A stretch of DNA of 64,000 nt, taken from assembly GCA_042219045.1 (NCBI GenBank), contig JBDGQO010000049.1, positions 24,080-88,079 of the forward strand, written 5' to 3'. Shown piece by piece: positions 29,863 to 40,559 of the stretch (position 1 is the first letter of the stretch; each line of letters opens with the position of its first letter). The notes below the pieces were generated by a model that was not told where the DNA came from, ran no database searches, and worked only from the letters and a program-made list of their open reading frames with translations. This DNA is from Candidatus Bipolaricaulia bacterium (GTDB lineage: Bacteria > Bipolaricaulota > Bipolaricaulia > RBG-16-55-9). The translations under genes were made by a program, and so were the position numbers.

Positions 29863-30897
29863 ATGTCGACGGACGAACTGCCGACTCCGGCGCACTTCGA
29901 TCCGACGAGCGTCGACCGCATCTGGCGCGTGCCATACGGGCAACGCGCCGAGGAGGCCGAGGCGTGGGCCAGGGACCACGCCATCGCGCCCGCTCACAAC
30001 GATAAGTTCAAGCTCGCGCTCATGCTCGTCGACGTGCAGAACACGTTCTGTATCCCCGGCTTTGAACTGTTCGTGGCCGGCCGCTCGGGCAACGGGGCGG
30101 TCGAGGACAACGTGCGGCTGTGTCGGTTCATCTATCGCAACCTCCACCGAATCACCCAGATTACGCCGACGATGGACACCCACGACGCAATGCAGATCTT
30201 CCACCCCATCTTTCTGGTCGACGAGGCGGGCAACCATCCGGCGCCGCTCACGCTCGTGAGCAAGGCCGACGTCGACCAGGGTCGATGGCGGTTCAATCCG
30301 GACGTGGCACCAAACTTGGGCATTACCCCCGAAGAGGGCCAGCGCCACCTGGAGCACTACGTCGAGGAGTTGTCGGCCCGAGAGAAATACGACCTGACGA
30401 TCTGGCCCTATCACGTCATGCTCGGCGGGATCAGCCACGCGCTCGTGCCGGCCATTGAGGAGGCCGTCTTCTTCCACACCATCGCCCGCATGAGCCAGCC
30501 CGACCACGAGATCAAGGGACTCAACCCGCTGACGGAGCACTATTCGGTGCTCGGACCGGAAGTGCGCACGAACCACCGTGGCGATCCGATCGCCGCCAAG
30601 AACGATCGGTTCATCCAGAAGCTTCGCGATTTCGATGCCGTCGCCATCGCGGGCCAAGCGAAAAGCCACTGCGTCGCCTGGACGATCGACGACCTGCTCA
30701 CCGACATTTCCGAGACCGATCCGTCCCTGGCGCGCAAGGTCTATCTCTTGGAGGACTGCACCTCGCCCGTGGTCGTGCCCGAGGTCGTCGACTACACCGA
30801 CGACGCGGATGCCGCGTTCGAGCGGTTTGCCGACGCGGGGATGCATGTCGTCCAGTCCACGGACCCGATCGAGGACTGGCCCGGGCTCTCGACCTGA
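29863..30897 (+). CDS. Large isochorismatase/nicotinamidase-family cysteine hydrolase
   Basis: [26 protein letters not shown]. Confidence 0.85.
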   Translation: MSTDELPTPAHFDPTSVDRIWRVPYGQRAEEAEAWARDHAIAPAHNDKFKLALMLVDVQNTFCIPGFELFVAGRSGNGAVEDNVRLCRFIYRNLHRITQITPTMDTHDAMQIFHPIFLVDEAGNHPAPLTLVSKADVDQGRWRFNPDVAPNLGITPEEGQRHLEHYVEELSAREKYDLTIWPYHVMLGGISHALVPAIEEAVFFHTIARMSQPDHEIKGLNPLTEHYSVLGPEVRTNHRGDPIAAKNDRFIQKLRDFDAVAIAGQAKSHCVAWTIDDLLTDISETDPSLARKVYLLEDCTSPVVVPEVVDYTDDADAAFERFADAGMHVVQSTDPIEDWPGLST

Positions 30898-30996
30898 CGC
30901 CCACTCCGGGATCTGAGTCCACCTGCTGTTGACCTCAAAGATGCCAATGAGCTACACCTGAGGCGTTCATAACGACGATCAAGAAGGGGGCCATCA

Positions 30997-32064
30997 ATGG
31001 GGCACAGGGTGCTGGTGATCGGGACGGGCACGATCGGGGAACCGTTGATCGGGCTGCTGGCGGGCCTCAAGGACGAACTCGACCTGGACGAGGTGATCTT
31101 CCACAAGAACTCGCCGCTGTTGAACGACCGTCCCAAGATCCGGAATCTCATTCGACGAGGAGCGGCGTTGGCGGTCAACGGGAAGGCGGCCGAGGACTTC
31201 GAAGCGCTCGGCGTCAGCCCGTCGTACGAGAAGGTCGAGGCAATCGATCGGGCCGATGTCGTCATCGACTGCACGCCTAAGGGCTGGGGCAACAGCAACA
31301 AGACCGACTTTTATCAGAATTTCGAGCACAACACGCTCGGGTTCATCGCTCAAGGGAGCGAGTTCGGCTTCGGCAAGATGTTCGTCCACGGCGTCAACGA
31401 TGAGGCGCTGGTTCCGGACGAGGATCGCTACATCCAAGTCGTCAGTTGCAACACGCACAACTTGTCCGTGCTCGTGGATACCATCGGGCTCGAGGGCGGA
31501 CGTGCCAATCTCCGGTCGGGCCGGTTCGTCTGCATCCGGCGAGCGAACGACATCAGTGAGTCGGCCAGCTTCATTCCCTCGCCCAGCGTCAGCGCCCACG
31601 ACGACAATGCCTTCGGGACGCACCATGCCCGCGACGCCCACCATCTGTTCCAGACGCTCGGCTTGGATCTCAATCTGTTCTCCTCCGCGCTCAAGGTCAA
31701 CACGCAGTACATGCACACCGTCTGGTTCGATCTCGACCTGGAGGAGCCCACGAGCCGAGAGGCGGTCGTCGAGGGACTGCGCGCCCATCCACACGTGGCC
31801 GTGACGAACCGCAGCGAGCAGAACTTGATCTTCTCCTTCGGCCGCGATTACGGGCACTATGGGCGCATCTTGGACAACACCGTCGTGGTACTGCCGTCGC
31901 TCCATGTCGCGCAAAACGGCCATCGGGTGACGGGCTTCTGCTTCACCCCGCAGGATGGCAACTCGCTTTTGTCCAGCTTGGCCGCGACGCTGTGGTTCAT
32001 CGACCCGGCGACGTATCGCGACCGACTCGAAGTCATTGCCCCGTACATGTTCGACGAAGTCTGA
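30997..32064 (+). CDS. Archaeal type II GAPDH-like dehydrogenase
   Basis: IGTGTIG, VIDCTP.G, VVSCNTH, RRAND, HHARD. Confidence 0.75.
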   Translation: MGHRVLVIGTGTIGEPLIGLLAGLKDELDLDEVIFHKNSPLLNDRPKIRNLIRRGAALAVNGKAAEDFEALGVSPSYEKVEAIDRADVVIDCTPKGWGNSNKTDFYQNFEHNTLGFIAQGSEFGFGKMFVHGVNDEALVPDEDRYIQVVSCNTHNLSVLVDTIGLEGGRANLRSGRFVCIRRANDISESASFIPSPSVSAHDDNAFGTHHARDAHHLFQTLGLDLNLFSSALKVNTQYMHTVWFDLDLEEPTSREAVVEGLRAHPHVAVTNRSEQNLIFSFGRDYGHYGRILDNTVVVLPSLHVAQNGHRVTGFCFTPQDGNSLLSSLAATLWFIDPATYRDRLEVIAPYMFDEV

Positions 32065-32096
32065 CGCTCTGATCCGCCGGCTCAATCACGCCAAAC

Positions 32097-32125
32097 TTGC
32101 TTAGAGCCCCGAAATTCCGTATCAT
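32097..32125 (+). promoter_or_regulatory. Sigma70-type promoter for gyrA-tyrS-HIT
   Basis: TTGCTT-17 bp-TATCAT. Confidence 0.55.
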
Positions 32126-32191
32126 GGACGCATTGCGGTGGGGCCAGTCTTGAGCCCGTTTTCAGGGGATGAGTTGGGAGGAACATGAGCC

Positions 32192-34612
32192 ATGAGCCGT
32201 ATTGAACGAACCGCCATCGAGTCGGAGATGCGCCAGAGCTACATCAACTACGCCATGAGCGTGATCCGGGGGCGAGCCATCCCGGACGCACGGGACGGGT
32301 TGAAGCCCGTCCAACGGCGCATCCTCTACGCCATGGACCAACTCGGCCTGACGTCGAACCGATCGCACCGAAAGTGCGCCCGCATCGTCGGTGAGACGAT
32401 GGGTAAGTATCACCCGCACGGCGACCAGGCGATCTACGACACGCTCGTCAACATGGCGCAGACCTTCAGCTATCGCTACCCGCTCATCGACGGGCAGGGC
32501 AACTTCGGCAGCCTCGACGGCGACGAGGCCGCTGCCATGCGCTACACCGAGGCCCGGCTCTCGGCGATCACGGAGGAGTTTCTCGCCGAGATCAACGAGG
32601 AGACCGTCGACTTCCAGACGAACTTCGACGACGCCCTGGAAGAGCCGGTTGTACTGCCCGCGAAAGTTCCCAACCTGCTCTTGAACGGCGCATGGGGCAT
32701 CTCCGTCGGGATGACGACCCAGATTCCGCCGCACAATCTGGCTGAGCTGATCGACGCCACGGTCCACCTCATCGAGCATCCCGACGCCGACTGGAGCGAG
32801 CTGAAGCAGTTCATCAAAGGCCCGGATCTTCCCACCGGCGGCATGATCCTCGGCGAGGAGGGCATTGACGCGGCCTACCGAACGGGCGAGGGCAAGATCC
32901 GAGTCCGGGGCAAGGCCGACATCGAGGACGACCGCATTATCGTCACGGAGATTCCCTTCCAAGTGCGCAAGTCGACGATCGTGGAAGCGATCGCCAACAA
33001 GGTGCGCGCCGGCGAGATCGACGAGGTCACGGATCTCCGGGACGAGTCCGACCAGGACGGCTTGCGCATCGTCGTGGAACTGAAACAGACGGCGAACCCG
33101 CAGGTCGCGCTCAACAAGATTTACCGATACACGCCGTTGGAGTGGACGTTCGGGGCCAACTTCCTCGTCATCATCGATGGCAATCCGCGCAAGTTGTCGC
33201 TGAAAGAGCTTTTGGGCGCGTTCCTCGCGCATCGGCGCGACGTCGTCACCCGGCGGACGCAGTATCGCTTGCGCATCGCCGAGCAGCGCGCCCATATCCT
33301 CGAAGGCCTGCGCGTTGCGCTGGCCAACCAGGACGCGATCATCGAGCTGATCCGCAACGCCGACGACGCCCAGTCCGCCACGACGCGACTGCAGGCCGAC
33401 TACGACCTCAGCGAGGATCAGGCAAGCGCGATCCTGAGCATGCGGCTGCGGCAGCTCACCAGCCTGGAGCGGGACAAGATCGAGACCGAATACCAGGAAA
33501 AGCTCGAGCTGATTCGAGAATACAAGGAGATCCTCGGCAGCAACGAAAAGCTTGACGGTCTCATCGAAGAGGAGCTGCTCGACATCAAGGAGCGCTACGG
33601 CGACGAGCGTCGCACTCAGGTCCTGACTGAGGACGAGGGCGAGGCGTGGGACTACACGCCCGAGTCCTTCGTGCCCGACCAGGACGTGTTGGTGAGCATT
33701 TCCACGAAGGGCTACGCCAACGCGCCCCGCGAGGACGTCATTCGCCGACAGGGACGCGGTGGCAAGGGCGTTATCGCCATGCGGCTGCGCGAGGGCGACG
33801 TTTTCAAGCACATCTTCAGTTGCAACGCCCGCGACGACCTCTGGATCTTTACCACAGCCCACAAGTGCTACAAGCTGAAGGCCTACCGCTTGCCGTCCGC
33901 CCGGCGCGACTCCAAGGGCGAGAACTTGCGCAATCTAATCGGCATGGCGCCCGAGGAACAGGTCGTGGCGTTGGTGCCGCATCCGGCTGAGGACTCGGAT
34001 CGGCAATACTGCGTGTTGGCGACGAAGGGCGGCATCGTCAACCGCAACGTGATCGAGGACTACGTCAACGCCCACACCAACGGCATCGCCGCGATCAACG
34101 CTGTGGACGGCGATCAAATCGTCGACGTCGCGCTCACGACGGGCTCGGGCGAGATGATGCTCGCCAGCGCCCAAGGCCAGACGATCCGCTTCACCGAGGA
34201 TCAGGCTCGTCTGACGGGGCGGCCCTCCAAGGGCGTCATCGGCATGAAACTGGAGGGCGAGGACGAGATCGTCGACCTCACGCCGCTGCCGGCGGACGCC
34301 ACCGAGGACAAGCTGCTCATCGTCACGGAGAACGGCTACGGCAAGCGGACGCCCATTGAACAGTTCCCGACGCAGAATCGCTCAGGGAAGGGCGTGCTCG
34401 GTCTCAAGACCAACGAGAAGACGGGCAACGTCGTCGCCATGGGCCGCGTCCACGACGACGATGAGGTCATGATCACGACGCTGCAGGGCAAGATTATCCG
34501 CATCTCGGCCAGCGACGTTCGGGTCGTCAGCCGCTACGCACGCGGCGTCAAGGTGATCAGCGTTGACGACGACGATCGCGTTGTGTCCATCGTCCGCCAC
34601 AGTCGGGAGTAG
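32192..34612 (+). CDS. gyrA: DNA gyrase subunit A
   Basis: [28 protein letters not shown], GyrA-box QGRGGKG, C-terminal pinwheel. Confidence 0.95.
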   Translation: MSRIERTAIESEMRQSYINYAMSVIRGRAIPDARDGLKPVQRRILYAMDQLGLTSNRSHRKCARIVGETMGKYHPHGDQAIYDTLVNMAQTFSYRYPLIDGQGNFGSLDGDEAAAMRYTEARLSAITEEFLAEINEETVDFQTNFDDALEEPVVLPAKVPNLLLNGAWGISVGMTTQIPPHNLAELIDATVHLIEHPDADWSELKQFIKGPDLPTGGMILGEEGIDAAYRTGEGKIRVRGKADIEDDRIIVTEIPFQVRKSTIVEAIANKVRAGEIDEVTDLRDESDQDGLRIVVELKQTANPQVALNKIYRYTPLEWTFGANFLVIIDGNPRKLSLKELLGAFLAHRRDVVTRRTQYRLRIAEQRAHILEGLRVALANQDAIIELIRNADDAQSATTRLQADYDLSEDQASAILSMRLRQLTSLERDKIETEYQEKLELIREYKEILGSNEKLDGLIEEELLDIKERYGDERRTQVLTEDEGEAWDYTPESFVPDQDVLVSISTKGYANAPREDVIRRQGRGGKGVIAMRLREGDVFKHIFSCNARDDLWIFTTAHKCYKLKAYRLPSARRDSKGENLRNLIGMAPEEQVVALVPHPAEDSDRQYCVLATKGGIVNRNVIEDYVNAHTNGIAAINAVDGDQIVDVALTTGSGEMMLASAQGQTIRFTEDQARLTGRPSKGVIGMKLEGEDEIVDLTPLPADATEDKLLIVTENGYGKRTPIEQFPTQNRSGKGVLGLKTNEKTGNVVAMGRVHDDDEVMITTLQGKIIRISASDVRVVSRYARGVKVISVDDDDRVVSIVRHSRE

Positions 34613-34630
34613 GGTCTCGATCCGCGAGCC

Positions 34631-35839
34631 ATGAAACCCGCACACGAGCAGCTGGCGATCATCAAACAGCGGGCCGTGGAGATCATCCCCGAAGACGATC
34701 TCCACCAGAAGTTGGACCGTGCCGTCGAGACGGACGAGCCCCTGCGCGTCAAGCTGGGCGTTGACCCGACCGCTCCCAACATCCACGTCGGCATCGGCGT
34801 CGTCCTGGAAAAACTGCGGGACTTCCAAGATCTCGGCCACACGGCGGTGCTGATCGTGGGCGACTTCACCGCCCGCATTGGCGACCCGTCCGGCCGCGAC
34901 ACGACGCGCCCCATTCTGACGTTCAACGAGATCCAGCGGAACATGGAGACCTACAAGGAACAGGCCTTCGGGATCCTCGATCCCGACAAGACCGAAATTC
35001 ATTACAACTCGAAGTGGCTGGAGCCGATGTCGTTTGAGGACATCATGGAGCTTACGTCCAAGTACACGGTCGCGCGAATGCTGGAGCGGGACGACTTCCA
35101 CAAGCGCTACCAGGAGGGGCAGTCGATCACGCTGTTGGAGTTTCTGTATCCGCTGGCGCAGGCGTACGACTCGGTGGCGATTGACGCCGACGTCGAGCTG
35201 GGCGGGACGGATCAGCGCTTCAATTTGCTCGTCGGGCGTGAAATCCAAGAGCGCTACGATCAGGATGCCCAGGTGGCGATGCTGATGCCGCTGTTGGAAG
35301 GGACCGACGGCGTCAAGAAGATGAGCAAGTCCCACGGCAACACGGTCGGCATTACCGAGAATGCGGACGAGATCTACGGCAAGCTGATGTCGATCCCCGA
35401 TGACATGTTGGAGCGCTACACGACGCTGTTGACCGATATGGATTATCAGGCCCTCAAGGACGAACATCCCATGCAACAGAAGAAGCGGCTCGCCCACGCC
35501 GTCGTCTCCAAGTACCATCCGAAAGCCGACGCGGACCATGCGGCCGAGGAGTTCGAACGTGTCTTCGGGCAGGGCGAGCGCCCGGATGACGTCCCTCAAG
35601 TGACGCTCGACGCGGACGCTCTCGAAGGGAATCGCCGGGTCTGGATCGTCGAGCTGATGGATCGGGCGGGCTTGGTGGACAGCCGGTCCGAAGCCCGTCG
35701 GCTTGTGCAGCAGGGAGCCGTCGAGTACGACGGCGAACGGATCACGGACGCGGACGCGCACATCGAGCTGAATCCGAAAGGCCTTCTGAAAGTCGGCAAG
35801 CGCCGCTTTGCGGAGATCCACGTGGAAGGATCGGCCTAG
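34631..35839 (+). CDS. tyrS: Tyrosine--tRNA ligase
   Basis: KLGVDPTAP, GDPSGR, YPLAQAYDS, GGTDQ, KMSKS, S4 domain. Confidence 0.95.
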   Translation: MKPAHEQLAIIKQRAVEIIPEDDLHQKLDRAVETDEPLRVKLGVDPTAPNIHVGIGVVLEKLRDFQDLGHTAVLIVGDFTARIGDPSGRDTTRPILTFNEIQRNMETYKEQAFGILDPDKTEIHYNSKWLEPMSFEDIMELTSKYTVARMLERDDFHKRYQEGQSITLLEFLYPLAQAYDSVAIDADVELGGTDQRFNLLVGREIQERYDQDAQVAMLMPLLEGTDGVKKMSKSHGNTVGITENADEIYGKLMSIPDDMLERYTTLLTDMDYQALKDEHPMQQKKRLAHAVVSKYHPKADADHAAEEFERVFGQGERPDDVPQVTLDADALEGNRRVWIVELMDRAGLVDSRSEARRLVQQGAVEYDGERITDADAHIELNPKGLLKVGKRRFAEIHVEGSA

Positions 35840-35840
35840 C

Positions 35841-36263
35841 ATGAGCGACTGCATCTTCTGCGCGATTGCCCGAAACGACCAACAGGCACACACGATCTTT
35901 CAGGACGAGCACAGCGTGGCGTTTCTCGACCTGCATCCTGTTAAAGACGGGCACACCTTGGTGATTCCCAGGGCCCACTACGAGCGCCTCGAGGACGTGC
36001 CATCCGACGAGATCGGGCCCTTCATGGCCGCCGTCCAGCGTGCCACCCAAGCCGTGCAGGCGGCCATGGATGCCCCCGCGGCGACGGTCGGGATCCACAA
36101 CGGATCGGAGGCCGGGCAAGCCGTACCGCACCTCCACCTGCACGTCATCCCGCGCCATCCCGGCGACGGCGGCGGCACGCTGCACAGCGTCGTCCGCGGC
36201 AAGGTCGAGGAGAACCTCGACGCCGTCCGGGATCGGCTCGCTCGGTCGATCGATGCCGTGTGA
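35841..36263 (+). CDS. HIT-family nucleotide hydrolase
   Basis: CIFC, GHTLVIP, GQAVPHLHLHVIPR. Confidence 0.92.
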   Translation: MSDCIFCAIARNDQQAHTIFQDEHSVAFLDLHPVKDGHTLVIPRAHYERLEDVPSDEIGPFMAAVQRATQAVQAAMDAPAATVGIHNGSEAGQAVPHLHLHVIPRHPGDGGGTLHSVVRGKVEENLDAVRDRLARSIDAV

Positions 36264-36429
36264 ACGCTCGCTAGGCGTGAAGCGCGTGACTGTCGGCGGA
36301 CTGCGTTCGGGGCTTATCGTCAATCGGTTCCATCACAAGGGGGCGAACAGTGGGGCGAACAATCAAGCGGGCTCGATTGCTCGGCCCCCTCACAGTTTTT
36401 AAGATGGCCTATCTTTAGGGAGGGATTCG

Positions 36430-37326
36430 ATGCTCAAATGGATTCTGATCGTCGGCCTCGCGCTCCTAGCGATCCTTGGCTTTGTGCTAGTGCAGGGACC
36501 GCTGTTGACGGGGCCGTCGCCGGCGCCCTCCGACTCGCCGGCGGAGCAGACGCAAGAGGGTCAGGAGTCGGAGTCGTCCGAATCGGCCGAACCGTCCGAT
36601 GGTGGCAATCAGCAGAAGGCGCAACCGGAACCGAGCCAAGAGGCCAAGGACATCATGCAGCAGGCACGGGAGGCCCAGGGCGGCCTGAGCGCGCTACAGG
36701 ACCTCAACGGCTATCATCTCCAGGCCAGCAGCACGGCCACGCAACGCGGTCAGACGCTGTCGTTGCAGACCGAGACCTGGGTCAAGCTGCCGAGCCAGTT
36801 CCGTCAGAACACGCAAGTCAGCATCCAGGGCCAGACGATCAACAGCCTCACGGTCTGGGACGGCCAGAACGGCTGGGTGCGGCAGCAAGGGCAGGTCCAA
36901 CAGCTGCAAGGCAACCAGATCGGGTCGATCCAGCAGAACCTCTATCTCGATCCGCTCCACGTCGTCTTGTTCGCGGCCCGTGATGATTTCACCTACACCT
37001 ATCAAGGGACGGAGACTACTAACGGGACCAAGGCCCATGTAATGAAGATCAAGACGCCGCAGGATCAGACCGTGACGTATTACTTCGACGCGGAAAGCTT
37101 CCTCCCGATCCAGCGGACGCGGTCCGCCCAGGGAAGCACGGTGCGGACGGTCTTCACCGACTACCAGCGCGTGGACGGCTACGCGTTCCCGTTTACGCAA
37201 AAGACGTACCTGAACGGCGATTTGGCCCAAGAACAGACCGTGGAGAACGTCGAGGTCAACCCGAGCTTTGACCCGGAACTCTTCCAGAAGCCGCAGACGA
37301 ACAGCAACCAACAGTCCGGTCAGTAA
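36430..37326 (+). CDS. Gln-rich exported LolA-like (lipoprotein-sorting fold) protein
   Basis: N-terminal TM, AQGG..AL, WDGQNGW, FTDYQRVDG..FP, VNPSFDPELF. Confidence 0.7.
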   Translation: MLKWILIVGLALLAILGFVLVQGPLLTGPSPAPSDSPAEQTQEGQESESSESAEPSDGGNQQKAQPEPSQEAKDIMQQAREAQGGLSALQDLNGYHLQASSTATQRGQTLSLQTETWVKLPSQFRQNTQVSIQGQTINSLTVWDGQNGWVRQQGQVQQLQGNQIGSIQQNLYLDPLHVVLFAARDDFTYTYQGTETTNGTKAHVMKIKTPQDQTVTYYFDAESFLPIQRTRSAQGSTVRTVFTDYQRVDGYAFPFTQKTYLNGDLAQEQTVENVEVNPSFDPELFQKPQTNSNQQSGQ

Positions 37327-37374
37327 ACGAGGCTTGCTGCTTCCCGTTTAGCTGTTATCGACCGAGATCGAACG

Positions 37375-37401
37375 GAGCCCTCGGACCCGGTCCGAGGGCT
37401 C
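37375..37401. terminator. Perfect hairpin between convergent genes (probable terminator)
   Basis: GAGCCCTCGGAC-CCG-GTCCGAGGGCTC; no clear U-tract. Confidence 0.6.
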
Positions 37402-37453
37402 TGCTCATGACGCGTGATCCGCTCGACGTCCGTCGCGTTGAGCCTCATTCCAT

Positions 37454-39199
37454 TTAGCCGCCGACGGCCCGCCAGAGCTCGTTCAGTTCGGTCTGAACGC
37501 GCTCGAGCACGCCGGCTTCGGCGACGATCTCGGCCTCGTCGGCGTCGCGGCGTTTCAGCTCCACACCGCCCTTATCCAGCGCTCGCTGACCGATGGTGAT
37601 TCGCAGCGGGATGCCGATGAGATCGGCATCGGTGAACTTGACGCCGGGGCTCTCTAGGCGGTCGTCGTACAGCACGTCGAGGCCAATCGATTGGAGCGCG
37701 TCGTAGAGGCGGTCGCCCGTCCGGACGACTTCCTCGCCGTCTTTGGGGAGCGTCACCAGATGGATATCGTAGGGCGCCACGCTGATGGGCCAGACGAGCC
37801 CATCGTCGTCACGGTGCTCCTCGGCGACGCTGGCGAGCGTCCGCTCGAGCCCGATTCCGTAGGACCCCATGATGATGGGATGGCTGTTGCCCGACTCGTC
37901 GACGAAGTTGCAGTCGGTCGCCTTGCTGTAGCGGGTCCCCAATTGAAAAATGTTGCCCACCTCGATGCCGCGCGAGCTGTCCATCGTTGCCTCGCACTCG
38001 GGGCAGGCGTCGCCCGCTTGGGCGGCCGCGATGTCGGTCACGAGATCCGGCTTGAAGTCGCGACCGATGTTGACGTTCATCAGATGGTACTCGGCCTCGT
38101 TGGCGCCGGTGACGACGTTCGGCATCTCAGCCAAGGCGTCGTCGACCACCACGTGGACGCCGTCGAGCCCCATTGGCGAGCCGAACCCGGGTTCGGCCCC
38201 GGTTGAGCGGATTTCGGCATCCGTGGCCGGGCGCAGATCGACCGCGCCCACGGCGTCGGTCAACTTCGTCTCGTTGACCTCCATGTCCCCGCGGACGAGC
38301 GCGAGGATCAGTGACTCCGAGCTCTCCCCGTCATCCGAGGGCGCGATAGCGGTTAAGAAGAGCACTTTGGCCGCTTTGGAAGCCGGAATGTCGAGCTGCT
38401 CGCACAGGCCCTGAATCGTCTTCGCGCCCGGCGTCTCGACCCTGGTGATCTCGCCCGGTTCCTCATCATGGGGCGCGGGCTTGGCGAAGCGCGCAAGCTG
38501 CTGGTTGGCCGCGTAACCGCACTCGCGGCAGAACACGATCGTGTCCTCGCCCACGGGGGTGAGATACATGAACTCATGGGCCCGCTTGCCGCCCATCATC
38601 CCGACGTCGGATTCGACGGCCATCACGGGCAGCCCACATCTGTGGAAAATGCGGAAGTAGGCATCGTAATGCCGATCGTATTGCTCGCTCAGCCCCTCCC
38701 AGTCGGTGTCGAGGCTGTAGCTGTCCTTCATGGTGAACTCGCGCACGCGGACCAGGCCGCCGCGGGGCCGCGGATCGTCGCGCCACTTGGTCTGGATGTG
38801 ATAGATCAAGCGCGGCAGCTGGCGATAGGAGTTGACCTCGCCCTTGACGAGGTCGACGACGCTCTCCTCGTGCGTCATCGCCAGGACCATATCGCGCTCG
38901 TTCCGATCCTTGAAGCGCGTCATTTCCGGGCCGATCTCGTCCCAACGGCCCGTCTCCAGCCAGATCCGCGACGGATGGATCACGGGCATGCGCAGCTCCT
39001 GGCCGTCGATGGCGTCGATCTCCTCGCGAATGATCCGGGCGATTTTCGCGTGCGATCGCCATCCGAACGGCAACAGCGAGTAGATGCCCGTGGACAAGGG
39101 CCGAATGAACCCCGCGCGGATCAACAGCTTGTGGCTGTCCAGTTGCGCGTCGGCGGGCACCTCGCGACGCGTGGTTCCGAACGACTGGCTCATGCGCAT
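37454..39199 (-). CDS. proS: Proline--tRNA ligase (bacterial type with INS editing domain)
   Basis: HKLLIRAGFI, THEE, RDDPRPRGGLVRVREFTMKDSYS, GIEVGNIFQLGT. Confidence 0.96.
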   Translation of the reverse strand: MRMSQSFGTTRREVPADAQLDSHKLLIRAGFIRPLSTGIYSLLPFGWRSHAKIARIIREEIDAIDGQELRMPVIHPSRIWLETGRWDEIGPEMTRFKDRNERDMVLAMTHEESVVDLVKGEVNSYRQLPRLIYHIQTKWRDDPRPRGGLVRVREFTMKDSYSLDTDWEGLSEQYDRHYDAYFRIFHRCGLPVMAVESDVGMMGGKRAHEFMYLTPVGEDTIVFCRECGYAANQQLARFAKPAPHDEEPGEITRVETPGAKTIQGLCEQLDIPASKAAKVLFLTAIAPSDDGESSESLILALVRGDMEVNETKLTDAVGAVDLRPATDAEIRSTGAEPGFGSPMGLDGVHVVVDDALAEMPNVVTGANEAEYHLMNVNIGRDFKPDLVTDIAAAQAGDACPECEATMDSSRGIEVGNIFQLGTRYSKATDCNFVDESGNSHPIIMGSYGIGLERTLASVAEEHRDDDGLVWPISVAPYDIHLVTLPKDGEEVVRTGDRLYDALQSIGLDVLYDDRLESPGVKFTDADLIGIPLRITIGQRALDKGGVELKRRDADEAEIVAEAGVLERVQTELNELWRAVGG

Positions 39200-39274
39200 G
39201 GGGAAACCTCCTCCAATTGCGTCAGAATGACCATTTCAGGATCAATGCACACGGCGAAAGCGGTGGAACGGTCG

Positions 39275-39349
39275 TCAGCTTCCCACATGGGGAGGCGGCG
39301 GGTCAAACGGAGGGGCTGCCGGACGGGCTCGATCGACCGTGTTCCTCAT
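39275..39349 (-). other. Candidate Pro-rich leader peptide of proS (MRNTVDRARPAAPPFDPPPPHVGS)
   Basis: 24-codon ORF with 7 Pro ending 75 nt upstream of the proS start. Confidence 0.55.
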
Positions 39350-39519
39350 CGGCCACCATGGGCCGTTTCCGTGCTGAGCATGCCCCCTACCTTACGATCG
39401 CAGATCCGCGTCGGCCAGCGTGCCATTCGCTCGGGATTGCGAGGACCATTGATGCGCACGTCTCGAGCGGATAGAGTTCGTCATTGAATCGACATTGACG
39501 TTGGCACAAAGGAGGCCCG

Positions 39520-39891
39520 ATGCCGTTCTGCCCCGAGTGTGAGGCCGAATACGTGGAAGGCATTGAGGAATGCGTGGATTGCCAGACCGCTCTCGTGGAT
39601 GAGCTCCCATCTAAGAATCCCAGCGACGTGGCCGAGTCCGCCTCGGACGACAACGCCTTCGTCACGGTGTTCGAAGGCGGCAACGCATTCGACATCCACA
39701 TGGCGAAAGGACTGCTGGTGTCGAGCGGGTTCCACGTCGAGCTGCTGGGCGGGGATAACCCGTTGAACCCGACACCGACGGGCATTCAAGTCCGCAAGGA
39801 TGAGGCCGAAGAGGCGAGGGAACTGCTCGAGAACCCTGGTGATCTGGACGACGAGCACTCCGACGAGTTCTCGAAAGATTTCAACGATTGA
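39520..39891 (+). CDS. Zinc-ribbon plus DUF2007-like protein
   Basis: FCPEC..EY...CVDC...LV; AAAGGAGG SD. Confidence 0.8.
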   Translation: MPFCPECEAEYVEGIEECVDCQTALVDELPSKNPSDVAESASDDNAFVTVFEGGNAFDIHMAKGLLVSSGFHVELLGGDNPLNPTPTGIQVRKDEAEEARELLENPGDLDDEHSDEFSKDFND

Positions 39892-40559
39892 AGGGTTCCG
39901 AGGGCTGTGCTCCCCAACCTTCAGGGAGACCACCCGCCCAGCAACGTCCGGGTCCTCTGTCAGGCGGGGCCGCCCTCTCCGTTGGAGACGTCGGTCACTC
40001 GATTAGCGCGAGGCATCCGCGATCATTGCGAGCTCTGCTTGTTGCCGAATGCTCAGGGTCGCCTCGTTCGGACATCGGATGTGGGCAACGGGGGCTGGGA
40101 CGTCAACGCTTCGACGGGGATGGCTTCCCCACCAGCAGTCTGTTGATCCATTGTCGGGATCTGATCCCTCTGCGCTTCACCACCGAGTCGCGCGCATTTT
40201 CCGAATGGGCCAAGTCCAACTGCACGTTTGTGGCCTCATGGGACCTGTGCACGTGGTCAAAGCATGTAAACGCTTCAGGCAGCCTCGACCTTGAGAGTCA
40301 CGAACGCTGCTCGACCTGGACTGGATCGGTCGTCGATGACGGCGTCTGGTAATCGTTGTGTGTTTCCGACGGTGGCCCCATCCGTGCGTCAAATAAGGCC
40401 GATCGGGAGATCAGAGCTGAGACGGAAACTCTCTGGCTTCGCGACGACTCGAGTTATTGCTTAAACTGACGGAAGATCAAGGCCAGTGTCCAAACGTTTC
40501 CCTCATCCAGCGGCGAACCGGACAGCGGGCAACGAGGATGCGCGCAAGGAGGCTCGGGC

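Noticed and set aside
39255..39275. GGTGGAAC T-box-like string near proS
   Set aside because: It is on the wrong strand relative to proS and no stem I motifs were seen
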